Assembly (NCBI GenBank): GCA_015490535.1
Contig: WFXP01000107.1
Span: 3,548 to 67,547, forward strand
Source: Gammaproteobacteria bacterium
Lineage (GTDB): Bacteria; Pseudomonadota; Gammaproteobacteria; Thiohalospirales; Thiohalospiraceae
Direction of reading: 5' to 3'
DNA length: 64,000 nucleotides
Shown one piece after another: positions 31,221-40,491 of the stretch. Each line of letters starts with the position of its first letter. The first letter of the stretch is position 1. A program made the position numbers and the translations under genes. Under the pieces are notes generated by a model. That model was not told where the DNA came from and did not search any database. It worked only from the letters and a program-made list of their open reading frames with translations.

Positions 31221-31613
31221 ATGCGACATCCCGTTCCGGCTGTGCTTCTCTCTCTCGGAGCTCTCCTGGCCACCGTGGCATGCAGCCAGGGGTGGCCGGC
31301 GAAACCCGCCGCGGAGACCATTCCGCTCCATCGGGAAGGTGACCACAAGCTCTCCTGCCGCCAGCTGGATATCCACATCCAGCGGCTCTATGTGCAGGCC
31401 CAGCAGCTGGCCCCCCGGGATTTCACCTCGGACGAGAGCAACGTGGTGGCGGCAGCGGTGGGGACATTCGCCTTCACCCCCGCATATCTCCACATACTCA
31501 AGAACGAGCTGCTGGACAAGCCGGAGCAGCGCAAGCGCATCGAGGCCATCGCCGCGCGCATCCATCTGCTGCGCGGCTACAAGGCGGAGAGGCGCTGCTA
31601 CGAATCACGCTGA
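31221..31613 (+). CDS. hypothetical lipoprotein
   Basis: Lipobox LGALLATVACS. No family recognised. The track ORF starts at a TTG at 31203 overlapping the yhcB stop. Confidence 0.4.
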   Translation: MRHPVPAVLLSLGALLATVACSQGWPAKPAAETIPLHREGDHKLSCRQLDIHIQRLYVQAQQLAPRDFTSDESNVVAAAVGTFAFTPAYLHILKNELLDKPEQRKRIEAIAARIHLLRGYKAERRCYESR

Positions 31614-31753
31614 GCTGTTCCAATTCGAGCTCACGCTGCAGGAGGCGGCAGCAGATACTTGGTGCTGTCGGAAGGGGTGGCCGCAGCGACCCGCGCCGGG
31701 ACGCAAGGGCTGGCTCGAGGTGGACTCGGCAAGGCCGTCTGGAGGTGATATTC

Positions 31754-32084
31754 TAGTACTCCGTCAAAGTAATAAATTTAGGGAGGTCTTCCTCAAATCG
31801 TGTGGGTAAAATGGTAAATCATCCTTGACAGGCGGAATGCACGCCGGAAGATGGTCGGCAGAAGGGGATTGGGGAGGCTTTGGGATAGCCGAACCGGTTG
31901 CAATTGGCGCAGGTGGTGGATATCCGCTACTCCCCAGCCAAACAGCCCCCAATCCCCTTCTGGTTACCGAGTATGTGGCGCGCATTCCGCCTGTCAAGGA
32001 CGGAGCCGCTACGCGGTGATTTACCATTTTACCCACACGATTTGAGGAAGACCTCCCTAAATTTATTACTTTGAAAGAGTACTA
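31754..32084. mobile_element. family A nested palindromic MITE-like element, full copy
   Basis: Outer inverted ends TAGTACTCCGTCAAAGTAATAAATTTAGGGAGGTCTTCC / reverse complement. Inner 37-bp and 23-bp inverted repeats. Inverted relative to the copy at 11086. Confidence 0.8.
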
Positions 32085-32113
32085 GCGCGCGAGCCGGAAC
32101 CGGAGGAGAAAAG

Positions 32114-33289
32114 ATGCCCGTAGTAGATATCAAGGAGATGCTCCAGCACGCCTATCAGAACGGATATGCCGTGGGAGCGTTCGATCTGGTCAGCCTGGAG
32201 TTCCTTGAGGGGATCATTGAGGCGGCGGAACGGTGCCGTTCGCCGGTAATAGTGTCACTGGCGGAGTCCCATTTCGAGCACTACGACTTCGAACTGCTCA
32301 CCACCGCTGCCGAGGCCGCCGCACAGCGGAGCTCCGTTCCGGTGGCCATCTTTCTCGACCACGGCGCCGGGCTGGACTCCGCGGTGCGGGCCATCAACGG
32401 GGGTTGCAACGGAGTAATGGTGGATGCCTCGCACCACCCCCTGCCCGACAACATCGCCCTGACCCGCCAGGTGGTGGAGATGGCCCACTCCTGCGGTGTT
32501 CCCGTCGAGGGGGAACTCGGATATGTCCCGGGCGTGGAGGGGGAGGACGCCGAGCGCCATCCCGGCGAGATATCCTACACCACCGTGGCAGAGGCCTGCA
32601 CATATCTGCAGCAGACCGAAGTGGATTTTCTGGCGGTATCCATAGGCACCGTCCATGGACGCATGAATGGCTGCCCGGAGCTGGATATCGGACGGCTTGC
32701 GGAGATCAACCGGGCGCTACGGATTCCGCTGGTCATCCATGGCGGCACCGGCCTGAGCGATGAGCAGTTCCGTCAACTGATCGAAAACGGCGTGGCCAAA
32801 ATCAACTACTACACGGCGCTGTCCGATGCGGCGGCCCAACAGATCCGTGCCAACACCGGCGCGGGTCCGGGAGGATACACGCAGCTGACCAGGGGGGTAA
32901 GCGACTCCGTACGCGCCGAGTGTGAACGCTGCATGCGCCTCTGGAGGAGCGCCGGGCAGGCCGACGCCGTACTGCAAAGCTGCACCCCCTGGCGGATGGT
33001 GGAACATCTGATCATCTACAATGTAAGCGGGATCGATGAAGAGCAGGCCAGGCGGATGGCGGCGGAGGGGCGCCGCATCCTGGGCCAGATCCCCGGAGTC
33101 AGGCATGTGCTTACCGGAGAAGCGGTCAAACAGGATGCCAAGTATCGCTTCTGCTGGCTGATCCGCTTTGTGCACGAGAAGGTGATCGACAGCTACCGGG
33201 ACCATCCCGATCATGTACGGTTTGCCGATGAGCTGTTCCGGCCCGTAGCAGGCGACCGGATAAGCATAGACTATGAACTGGTGAGGTAA
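32114..33289 (+). CDS. class II ketose/fructose-bisphosphate aldolase fused to a C-terminal Dabb (stress-responsive alpha/beta barrel) domain
   Basis: Aldolase motifs FLDHG, SIGTVHG, LVIHGGTG up to about aa 285, then VEHLIIYNV...YRFCWLIRFVHEKVIDSYRDHPDHVRF typical of Dabb domains. Single uninterrupted ORF. Confidence 0.8.
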   Translation: MPVVDIKEMLQHAYQNGYAVGAFDLVSLEFLEGIIEAAERCRSPVIVSLAESHFEHYDFELLTTAAEAAAQRSSVPVAIFLDHGAGLDSAVRAINGGCNGVMVDASHHPLPDNIALTRQVVEMAHSCGVPVEGELGYVPGVEGEDAERHPGEISYTTVAEACTYLQQTEVDFLAVSIGTVHGRMNGCPELDIGRLAEINRALRIPLVIHGGTGLSDEQFRQLIENGVAKINYYTALSDAAAQQIRANTGAGPGGYTQLTRGVSDSVRAECERCMRLWRSAGQADAVLQSCTPWRMVEHLIIYNVSGIDEEQARRMAAEGRRILGQIPGVRHVLTGEAVKQDAKYRFCWLIRFVHEKVIDSYRDHPDHVRFADELFRPVAGDRISIDYELVR

Positions 33290-33403
33290 CCGTTCAGCTT
33301 ACCCCTGAAATCCGCCATTTCAAACTCACGTTTCACCTTGAACCGACAGATTTCAGGGGTGATCTGAACAGTTGCCGGCCTGCTTCAGGCTGTGCCGAAC
33401 AGC
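33286..33403. repeat. family B repeat, shorter copy
   Basis: GTAACCGTTCAGCTTACCCCTGAAATCCGCC...ATTTCAGGGGTGATCTGAACAGTTGCC aligns to 12698..12866. Its first bases contain the TAA stop of the aldolase-Dabb gene. Confidence 0.7.
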
Positions 33404-33516
33404 CACCTGGTGAGTTGATAGTATTGCCCCCGCAACGCTGCGGCGGAGCACCGCAGGGGCGCCCGGAGGGTTGGTCTGTCAGCCTCCATGGCGGTGGAAT
33501 ACATCCCTGTATTCCA

Positions 33517-34917
33517 TCAACGCCCCCCCCTGCCGGAGAGAACCGCATATACCGTCTGCACCAGGATCATGAAATCAAACCATATGCTGTAGTTCTTGAT
33601 GTAGTACAAATCGTACTGCAGCTTCTCCAGGGCGTCTTTTTCAGAGGAACCATAGGGGTAACAGATCTGGGCCCAGCCGGTTATCCCCGGCTTCACTTTG
33701 TGGCGCAGATTGTAGTATGGAATTATCTCGCCAAGTCTCTCCACAAACTGCGGCCGCTCCGGTCGCGGACCGACAAAACTCATCTCCCCCCGCAACACAT
33801 TCAGCAGCTGCGGCAGCTCATCGATCCGGTATTTGCGAATAACGCTCCCGACCTTCGTAACCCGGCTGTCATTGGGCGATGCCCACTGCGCCGCCCCGCT
33901 CCGCTCCGCATCCATCCTCATGCTGCGGAACTTGAGCACGTCAAAGGTCTTGCCGAACCTTCCGACCCGCTCCTGGCGATAGAGTATGGTTGCCCCCCGC
34001 CCCGACTCGATGAGTATGGCCGCAGTTGTCAACACCATAACCGGCCAGGCGACCGCCAGTAACATGATACTTGCACCTATATCGAACATCCGTTTGCCCC
34101 AGGACGCCAGGGCGGCATGTGAGTAGCCGTCAGCAAAAATCATGTCACTGGGTCGGATGGTGTCCAGTTTGATCTTGCTGGTGCGCTGTTCGAGAAAACC
34201 GGTTATATCGGTAATCTGCACCCCGTTCATCTTGCACTCCAGGATCTCCTGGTAGGGAAAATATTCACGCAGCTCGTCCAGCGCAATGATGATGCCCTCG
34301 ATGCCGTAGCGGCTGACTATGCTCTCGAGGGGGGCATCCGTGGAGATAATGCTTCCCCTGTCTACCTTCACCGGCTGCCCGGGAGCCGGAACAAACCCGA
34401 CTATCTTGCAGCCCGGGGCCATGCCGTTCCCCTCCACCTCATCCTTCAGGCGGCGGGCGCTCTCTCCGGCCCCGAGCACCAGAACGCGTTGCTTCAAAAC
34501 CTCATGATCGGCAAACAGATGGTGGAGCGCCCGCGCCACAACGATGCCCGGAAACGCAACCAGCAGGGCCAGGGCAAACGCCCCCCTGCCGATAAACGCT
34601 GCCGGGAACAGATAGAACAGCATTAGCATGGCCACCACGCCCACGGTGAAGCTGAGCAGCATCTGGCGTATTATGGCCAGTTTCTCCAGCTGGGTGCTCT
34701 GCCAGTAGAGACCCATGGAGGTCATCACCCCCAACATTACCACAGCGAAAAGGAGCGCCTTGGGAAACAGGGGGAGAAGAGAGGCGGAGGCACCCGGCTC
34801 CTGCCGCAGAAACCGGAGTTCCACGCCGATATATATGGAGGTGAAAAACACCATGAACTCGGCCACAGCCAGGAGAACCAGGGAAGCCGGAACATAGTGG
34901 CGGAACAGCCGAATCAT
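33517..34917 (-). CDS. exopolysaccharide priming polyprenyl glycosylphosphotransferase (WbaP/EpsB-like, resembles PEP-CTERM-associated sugar transferases)
   Basis: 466 aa. N-terminal TM block starting MIRLFRHYVP, C-terminal bacterial sugar transferase domain (MFDI..., RPERP, GITGWAQ). Confidence 0.85.
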   Translation of the reverse strand: MIRLFRHYVPASLVLLAVAEFMVFFTSIYIGVELRFLRQEPGASASLLPLFPKALLFAVVMLGVMTSMGLYWQSTQLEKLAIIRQMLLSFTVGVVAMLMLFYLFPAAFIGRGAFALALLVAFPGIVVARALHHLFADHEVLKQRVLVLGAGESARRLKDEVEGNGMAPGCKIVGFVPAPGQPVKVDRGSIISTDAPLESIVSRYGIEGIIIALDELREYFPYQEILECKMNGVQITDITGFLEQRTSKIKLDTIRPSDMIFADGYSHAALASWGKRMFDIGASIMLLAVAWPVMVLTTAAILIESGRGATILYRQERVGRFGKTFDVLKFRSMRMDAERSGAAQWASPNDSRVTKVGSVIRKYRIDELPQLLNVLRGEMSFVGPRPERPQFVERLGEIIPYYNLRHKVKPGITGWAQICYPYGSSEKDALEKLQYDLYYIKNYSIWFDFMILVQTVYAVLSGRGGR

Positions 34918-35035
34918 AGCAACAACAGATCTCCATCCATAGAAACTGCTCTCCCGCCAGTGGTGCGGCCGTTTGCCGGCTCACCACCCGGAGATACCAG
35001 CCGTTACCCCATCCCGATCCCCCTTTTCCGGGGGT

Positions 35036-35074
35036 AGAATTATACTATTTTATCCCGGCAACGATATATATCGT
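35036..35074 (-). promoter_or_regulatory. candidate promoter of the priming transferase: ACGATATATATCGT palindrome plus TATAAT
   Basis: Minus strand reads ACGATATATATCGT-N16-TATAAT, about 120 nt upstream of the ATG at 34917. Same module as 30290..30327. Confidence 0.35.
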
Positions 35075-35225
35075 ATTCAGCCGCCGAGCGCCCCTCTGCG
35101 GCAACACGCCGCAGCCCCCCTCCGGCGAGTATCGGCCGACACCGCCGGCAGACCGGCACGCAGCGGTCTCTCTCAGGATACCATTCCCGCCAAGGCGCAG
35201 AGCTGGGGATATATGCTTTACGGGT

Positions 35226-35272
35226 CGTAACTATTCAGCATGGTACTGAAACAGGCTGGTAACTGTTCAGAT
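35226..35272. repeat. family B repeat, solo end fragment (inverted)
   Basis: CGTAACTATTCAGCATGGTACTGAAACAGGCTGGTAACTGTTCAG is the reverse complement of the right end of 12698..12866. Confidence 0.7.
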
Positions 35273-36219
35273 AGTTGCGACCCCGCTTTATCGCTTGGAG
35301 TTTTTCACGGCTGTTATGCTGGAGAGAGTCTTTCCCACAACCGCTGTGCCGGCGCCCGGGGGGTTGAATCGCGTGACAAAAGAAAGTCCGGGAACAGCTT
35401 CCGCCATTCCCGGACAAACAGACGAAGCGCATCGCCCGCACCTCGTATCATCCCCCCCCAGGGATTCAAAAATTGTCCGCTTTCCGGCTGTATTACCTGC
35501 GCATAGTGTTAGCAATTGCCATGCCAAAACGGCAACTCCCTGTTTTTCAACAATCATCCCGCGCCATTGCACAGCTGAACTGTAGTTCATGAAAAAAAAA
35601 CTGACACCCGAACATGCCCAATTCAACAACCCGGAGCCGGGGCTCCGATAGGGAAGGCGGCGCAGGCCTGACTCCTCTACCGACTTTGTTCCAGTATTTC
35701 AGTATCTTACTGGTTAACCGCCAGCCCGGAGTCCAGATGTTACCTGACGGCTACATGCGTCAACCGCACGCCCGGGATGTGTCAATTTTCCTGACGAGCA
35801 ACCGGAGAGAAATTGACTGCCCGGACGCCTACAGCGCCGGGCCAGCCTGCTACTCTTGCAGCCCGTGACTTCCTGGCTTAGGATGAACAACCCGGCAGCC
35901 GGGTGGGAAACCGCGGCTCGGGGAAGCCATGACGGAGTACTAGGGACTGGCGCCAGCGGCCGGCGTCCGCACCGGATTGGTAACTGTGGGCCGCTGCATC
36001 TTGGTAAGATTAACCCGGCGACTATTACTAATCTAAATCAAATCTCAAAACTGTATTGACCAGCAATCATGGATGACTTTCCATCCATGTATCGTTTCTT
36101 GCCATTCGTGTTGCAGGAACCGGTATTGAAACAATCATGAGACTTTTAGTATGTTGCCGGATCAACAACAATCCCTGTTTTTGGGGAGCACAAACTGGCA
36201 CCAGCCTTACGGGGGAGCT

Positions 36220-37506
36220 ATGGAGATATCAAACATCGACAGTTGCCAAATTGGGGTTATCGGGCTTGGATATGTGGGTCTGCCGTTAGCGGTCGAGTTT
36301 GGCAAGCAGCTGACCACCATCGGATACGATATCAGTCCTGAACGGATAGCGGAGCTGCGCGACGGAAGGGACAGCACGCTGGAGGTGTCCGACGAGGAGC
36401 TGCGGCAGGCGGCTCGCATCACCTACACCGATCGTCTGGAGGATCTGGCGGAGTGCAACATCTATATCGTTACTGTCCCTACACCGGTCGACGACTCCAA
36501 GCGCCCCAATCTGGTCCCCCTGCAGCATGCCAGCAGGGCCCTGGGCAGCGTGATCGGCAGGGGGGATGTGGTCATCTACGAGTCCACCGTCTATCCTGGT
36601 GCCACTGAGGAGGTGTGCATCCCCATCATTGAATCGGTCTCCGGCCTGACCTACAACAAGGATTTCTTTGCCGGCTACAGCCCGGAGCGGATAAATCCGG
36701 GCGACAAGGAGCACCGCATCAGCAACATCCTCAAGGTCACATCCGGCTCCACGCCGGAGGTGGCCGATTTCGTGGATGCCCTCTATCGCAGGGTGATCGC
36801 GGCTGGCACCCACAAGGCCAGCAGCATCCGCGTGGCTGAGGCGGCCAAGGTGATCGAGAATACCCAGCGGGATGTCAACATCGCCCTAATCAACGAGTTG
36901 ACACTGATTTTCGACCGTCTGGGAATCGACACCGAGGAGGTGCTGGAGGCAGCCGGCACCAAATGGAACTTCCTGCCTTTCCGCCCCGGGCTGGTGGGAG
37001 GGCACTGTATAGGCGTGGATCCCTACTATCTGACCCACAAGGCCCAGGAGATCGGTTACCATCCGGACATGATCCTGGCGGGCCGACGCATCAACGACGG
37101 CATGGGCGCCTACGTGGCGCAGCGCGCGGTAAAGCTGATGACACGCCGCAAGATCCATGTCTCCGGCTCACGGGTTCTGGTGATGGGCCTGGCGTTCAAG
37201 GAGGACTGTCCGGATCTGCGCAATACCAGGGTGGTGGACATAATCGAGGAGTTCCGCAGCTACAATGCCGATGTGGAGGTGTTCGATCCCTGGGTGGATC
37301 CCGAGGAGGCCATGCAGGAGTACGGCATCAGGGTGCTGACCGCGCCGCCGGAGGAGAACCGTTACGACGCCATCATAATCGCGGTGGGACACCATCAGTT
37401 CCGGCAGATGGGGGCCGACCGGATCCGCTCCATGGGGAAGGAGCAGTGCGTGCTGTTCGATGTGAAGTACCTGCTGCCCAAGGATAGGGTGGACGCCCGG
37501 CTGTAA
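36220..37506 (+). CDS. nucleotide-sugar 6-dehydrogenase (TviB/WbpO/WecC-like UDP-N-acetyl-hexosamine dehydrogenase)
   Basis: 428 aa from the ATG at 36220 after [23 protein letters not shown] fold, catalytic GGHCIGVDP. Confidence 0.9.
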   Translation: MEISNIDSCQIGVIGLGYVGLPLAVEFGKQLTTIGYDISPERIAELRDGRDSTLEVSDEELRQAARITYTDRLEDLAECNIYIVTVPTPVDDSKRPNLVPLQHASRALGSVIGRGDVVIYESTVYPGATEEVCIPIIESVSGLTYNKDFFAGYSPERINPGDKEHRISNILKVTSGSTPEVADFVDALYRRVIAAGTHKASSIRVAEAAKVIENTQRDVNIALINELTLIFDRLGIDTEEVLEAAGTKWNFLPFRPGLVGGHCIGVDPYYLTHKAQEIGYHPDMILAGRRINDGMGAYVAQRAVKLMTRRKIHVSGSRVLVMGLAFKEDCPDLRNTRVVDIIEEFRSYNADVEVFDPWVDPEEAMQEYGIRVLTAPPEENRYDAIIIAVGHHQFRQMGADRIRSMGKEQCVLFDVKYLLPKDRVDARL

Positions 37507-37542
37507 GAGTGTAGAGACGAGGCTCCTCCAGCGGCGGCTGTC

Positions 37543-37923
37543 TCAGGCGGCCTGCACCGGTATGCTGTTCTTGATGTGGGTGACCCTGTTGGCCTCATCC
37601 AGATAGACCAGGGTGGGTCTGAAGTTCACCAGTTCCTGCTGGGTAAGGCCCACGTAGGCGCAGATGACCACAATATCGCCGGGAGCCGCACGCCGCGCCG
37701 CGCCGCCATTGATGGAGATGGTCCCGCTCCCCTCCTCGGCGCGAATCGCGTAGGTAATGAAACGCTCCCCGTTGGTAATGTTGTAGATGTGAATCTGCTC
37801 ATATTCGCAGATCCCCGCGCTCTCCAGCAGATACCCGTCTATAGCGCATGATCCTTCATACTCCAGCTCCACCTGGGTCACCCTGGCCCGGTGCAATTTA
37901 CATTTGAGCATGGTGGACTGCAT
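37543..37923 (-). CDS. panD: aspartate 1-decarboxylase
   Basis: 126 aa. [12 protein letters not shown]...YEGSCAID self-processing site. Confidence 0.95.
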   Translation of the reverse strand: MQSTMLKCKLHRARVTQVELEYEGSCAIDGYLLESAGICEYEQIHIYNITNGERFITYAIRAEEGSGTISINGGAARRAAPGDIVVICAYVGLTQQELVNFRPTLVYLDEANRVTHIKNSIPVQAA

Positions 37924-38050
37924 ATATCGCCCTCATGGTAGCCAGCAAAGCGGACCGGTGGCCCGAACATTTTATTATGGAGGATCTGGACGAGTGTTTC
38001 AATATGCACAAAACATAAACAGGTTCAATAAAAACAGATAACAATATGAT

Positions 38051-38899
38051 TTATATGCGGAATAAAATATTGTCAATCAACCTTGCACCACCCAGGGAAG
38101 CCGCGCCCAGTATAACCAGACACCGCTCCCCCTGCTGCGGAACCCCCAGATCGCCGGCGGCGCGCACCTCCCAGTAGTGCGGCTCGAAACCGGCTCCAAG
38201 CAGTTTTTCGCGAGCCCTCGCCGCCAGCTCCCCGAAGTTACGCTCACCGGCCAGAATGCGATCCCGGCCCTCCACGAGCGTACGGTAAAGCAGAGGCGCG
38301 CGCTCCCGCTCCTCCGGCGTCAGATAGGCGTTGCGCGAGCTGAGGGCCAGGCCATCCGGTTCCCGCACGGTGGGTACCGCCACGATCTCCAGGGGCATAC
38401 AGAGATCCCGGACCATTTTGCGAATCACCAGCAGCTGCTGATAATCCTTCTCCCCGAACAGGGACACATCCGGCTGCACGCAGTTGAACAGCTTGGTCAC
38501 CACGGTGGCAACCCCACGGAAGTGGCCGGGACGCGCCTCCCCACACAGCCCCTCCGAAACCACCGGCACCTCCACCGCCGCGCCGTCACGCAGACCCGAC
38601 GGATAGATCTCCTCCGCCTCGGGGAGAAACAGCAGATCCGTCCCCGCCTGCTCCAGCATGACGGCGTCACGCTCCGGAGTGCGGGGATAGGAGGAGTAAT
38701 CCTCCCCTGGACCAAACTGGGTGGGATTGACGAAGATGGTGACCACCACTCGCTGCGCCAGCTCCCTGGCACGCGCCACCAGCGCCATATGCCCGGCATG
38801 CAGGTTGCCCATGGTGGGCACCAGGGCCAATCTTCCGCCCGCTCGACGCCACTCCCGGAGCCGCCGGCGCAGCTCCGGAATGGTCCGTGCGACAAACAT
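38051..38899 (-). CDS. panC: pantoate--beta-alanine ligase
   Basis: 282 aa. VPTMGNLHAGH HIGH-like motif. Confidence 0.95.
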   Translation of the reverse strand: MFVARTIPELRRRLREWRRAGGRLALVPTMGNLHAGHMALVARARELAQRVVVTIFVNPTQFGPGEDYSSYPRTPERDAVMLEQAGTDLLFLPEAEEIYPSGLRDGAAVEVPVVSEGLCGEARPGHFRGVATVVTKLFNCVQPDVSLFGEKDYQQLLVIRKMVRDLCMPLEIVAVPTVREPDGLALSSRNAYLTPEERERAPLLYRTLVEGRDRILAGERNFGELAARAREKLLGAGFEPHYWEVRAAGDLGVPQQGERCLVILGAASLGGARLIDNILFRI

Positions 38900-38910
38900 G
38901 GGAGTGCCGC

Positions 38911-39363
38911 CTATCCCGCGGAGTTGCTGCCGCCTCTAGCGGTTAGCAGCTCCCGCTGCCGGGAGACCACCAGCCCCAGAAAGAGCATGGTAACCAGAAT
39001 TCCGGCAAGGTTGGCCACAAGATCCAGAATCACGGAGCTGCGGGCCACGAAGTACTGCCCCAGCTCGGTGCCCATTCCCAGCAGTACTGCGATTACCACG
39101 GTGGCCAGCAGCGCTTCCCGCACCGAGTAGTGCTGAATGAGGGTGCTCCACCAAAGCAGGGTAAGAATTCCGAACATGATGAAATGCGCCACCGCTTCGC
39201 GCAACTCCTCGGGGGAGAAATCCATCCTGAAAAAGGATCCCCAAAACGGGACGGAGGGGGTATTACCCTGCCTCATCAGCAGATACAGCACGAATGCGGT
39301 CCAGCCCACGGCAACCGCCCACGACAGCAACAGTCCCCCACGCCTAATCCAGACTCTCATCAT
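38911..39363 (-). CDS. VanZ-like family membrane protein
   Basis: 150 aa, four TM helices. HFIMFGILTLL...GTELGQYF pattern typical of VanZ-like proteins. Confidence 0.65.
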   Translation of the reverse strand: MMRVWIRRGGLLLSWAVAVGWTAFVLYLLMRQGNTPSVPFWGSFFRMDFSPEELREAVAHFIMFGILTLLWWSTLIQHYSVREALLATVVIAVLLGMGTELGQYFVARSSVILDLVANLAGILVTMLFLGLVVSRQRELLTARGGSNSAG

Positions 39364-40484
39364 CTCCCACCCAAACCCATAGTGTGCAACATCACCGCAT
39401 TGACCTTGTGTACGTCAAACCTCTGTTCCGCCAGCGCCCTTCCACGCCGGCCGAAGCGCTCTGCCTCCTCCGGCCTCTGGATGAGACGCTCCATGGCCTT
39501 AACGAGCGCATCCACATCCGCCACCGGGACCAAAAGCCCGCTCTCTTCGTGGCGCACCGCCTCGCGACAGCCGGGGGCATCGGTAGTGATGACGGGGCGC
39601 CCCATGGACATCGCCTCAAGCACGCTCACCGGCATCCCCTCGTGATAGGAGGGCAGCACGTAGACCGAGCACTCCCGCAGCGCCGGACGCACATCCTCCA
39701 GCCGGCCGATAAACTCTATATCGCCACCATCGACCCAGGACTGCAGTTCCCGCTCATCTATGGTATCGGGATTGTCCCGGTCGATCCATCCCACCAGCCG
39801 GAACAAAACCGCCGGATGGCGCCGCCGAACGCGGCGCGCCGCCGCCGCATACTCCCTTACCCCCTTGTCCTTCAGCAGACGCGCTATCAGCAGGAACGAG
39901 AAGCTCTGCGGAAAGGGTGCCGGCCTGAACCGCTCCAGGTCCACCCCGATCCCGTTCAGCATCACCGCCTGCTCCCTGGTCCGCAGCAGGCGCCGCTCCA
40001 GAAACAGGTTCAGGTTGTCGTGGTTAAGAAAGAAAACCCCCTTGTTGTGCCTCAGCGCCAGCCGGTACAACCGGTTGGTAACAGCGCCCAGCAGACGGCT
40101 CTTCAGGCCGCTTCCCATGAAGGTAAAACCGAGCCCCTCAATCATGGAGTAGCACCGGGGCACTCCGGCCACCCTGGCTGCGAGGGAGCCGTACAGCACC
40201 GGTTTGATAGTATAGCAGAGAAACACCTCCGGGCGGAGGCGCCTGCAGAGCCTGTAGAGCTCCAGTATGGTGCGCAGATCCTGGAGAGGATTGGTACCGG
40301 TGCGCTGCAGGGGGATATCGCAGTAGACGACCCCGATCCCGGAGAGTTTCCGGCGCAGCCTGGCGGAGGCGCCAGGGGCGCAGGCGTATACCCGGTGCCC
40401 CCGGCGTACCATCTCCGCCAGCAGCGCTCCCCGAAACAGAATGAGGGAGTCGGCGAAACTGCCCAGCACCAGCACCCGCGCCAT
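39360..40484 (-). CDS. glycosyltransferase family 4 (GT-B)
   Basis: 374 aa from MARVLVLGSF. C-terminal EGMPVSVLEAMSMGRPVITTD (E-x7-E type motif). The track ORF is an upstream extension. Confidence 0.85.
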   Translation of the reverse strand: MARVLVLGSFADSLILFRGALLAEMVRRGHRVYACAPGASARLRRKLSGIGVVYCDIPLQRTGTNPLQDLRTILELYRLCRRLRPEVFLCYTIKPVLYGSLAARVAGVPRCYSMIEGLGFTFMGSGLKSRLLGAVTNRLYRLALRHNKGVFFLNHDNLNLFLERRLLRTREQAVMLNGIGVDLERFRPAPFPQSFSFLLIARLLKDKGVREYAAAARRVRRRHPAVLFRLVGWIDRDNPDTIDERELQSWVDGGDIEFIGRLEDVRPALRECSVYVLPSYHEGMPVSVLEAMSMGRPVITTDAPGCREAVRHEESGLLVPVADVDALVKAMERLIQRPEEAERFGRRGRALAEQRFDVHKVNAVMLHTMGLGGR

Positions 40485-40491
40485 GGCCGCG

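Noticed and set aside
35382-35392. GAAAGTCCGGG, which resembles the universally conserved RNase P RNA motif.
   Set aside because: The flanks do not continue into the conserved RNase P core (no ..CTCCATAGGGCAGGGTGCCAGGTAACGCC..). It is an isolated 11-mer.
36196-36210. Sigma54-like TGGCAC-N5-TTAC upstream of the sugar dehydrogenase.
   Set aside because: It lies only about 10 nt from the ATG and overlaps the ribosome-binding site. The -12 element is TTAC rather than TTGC.
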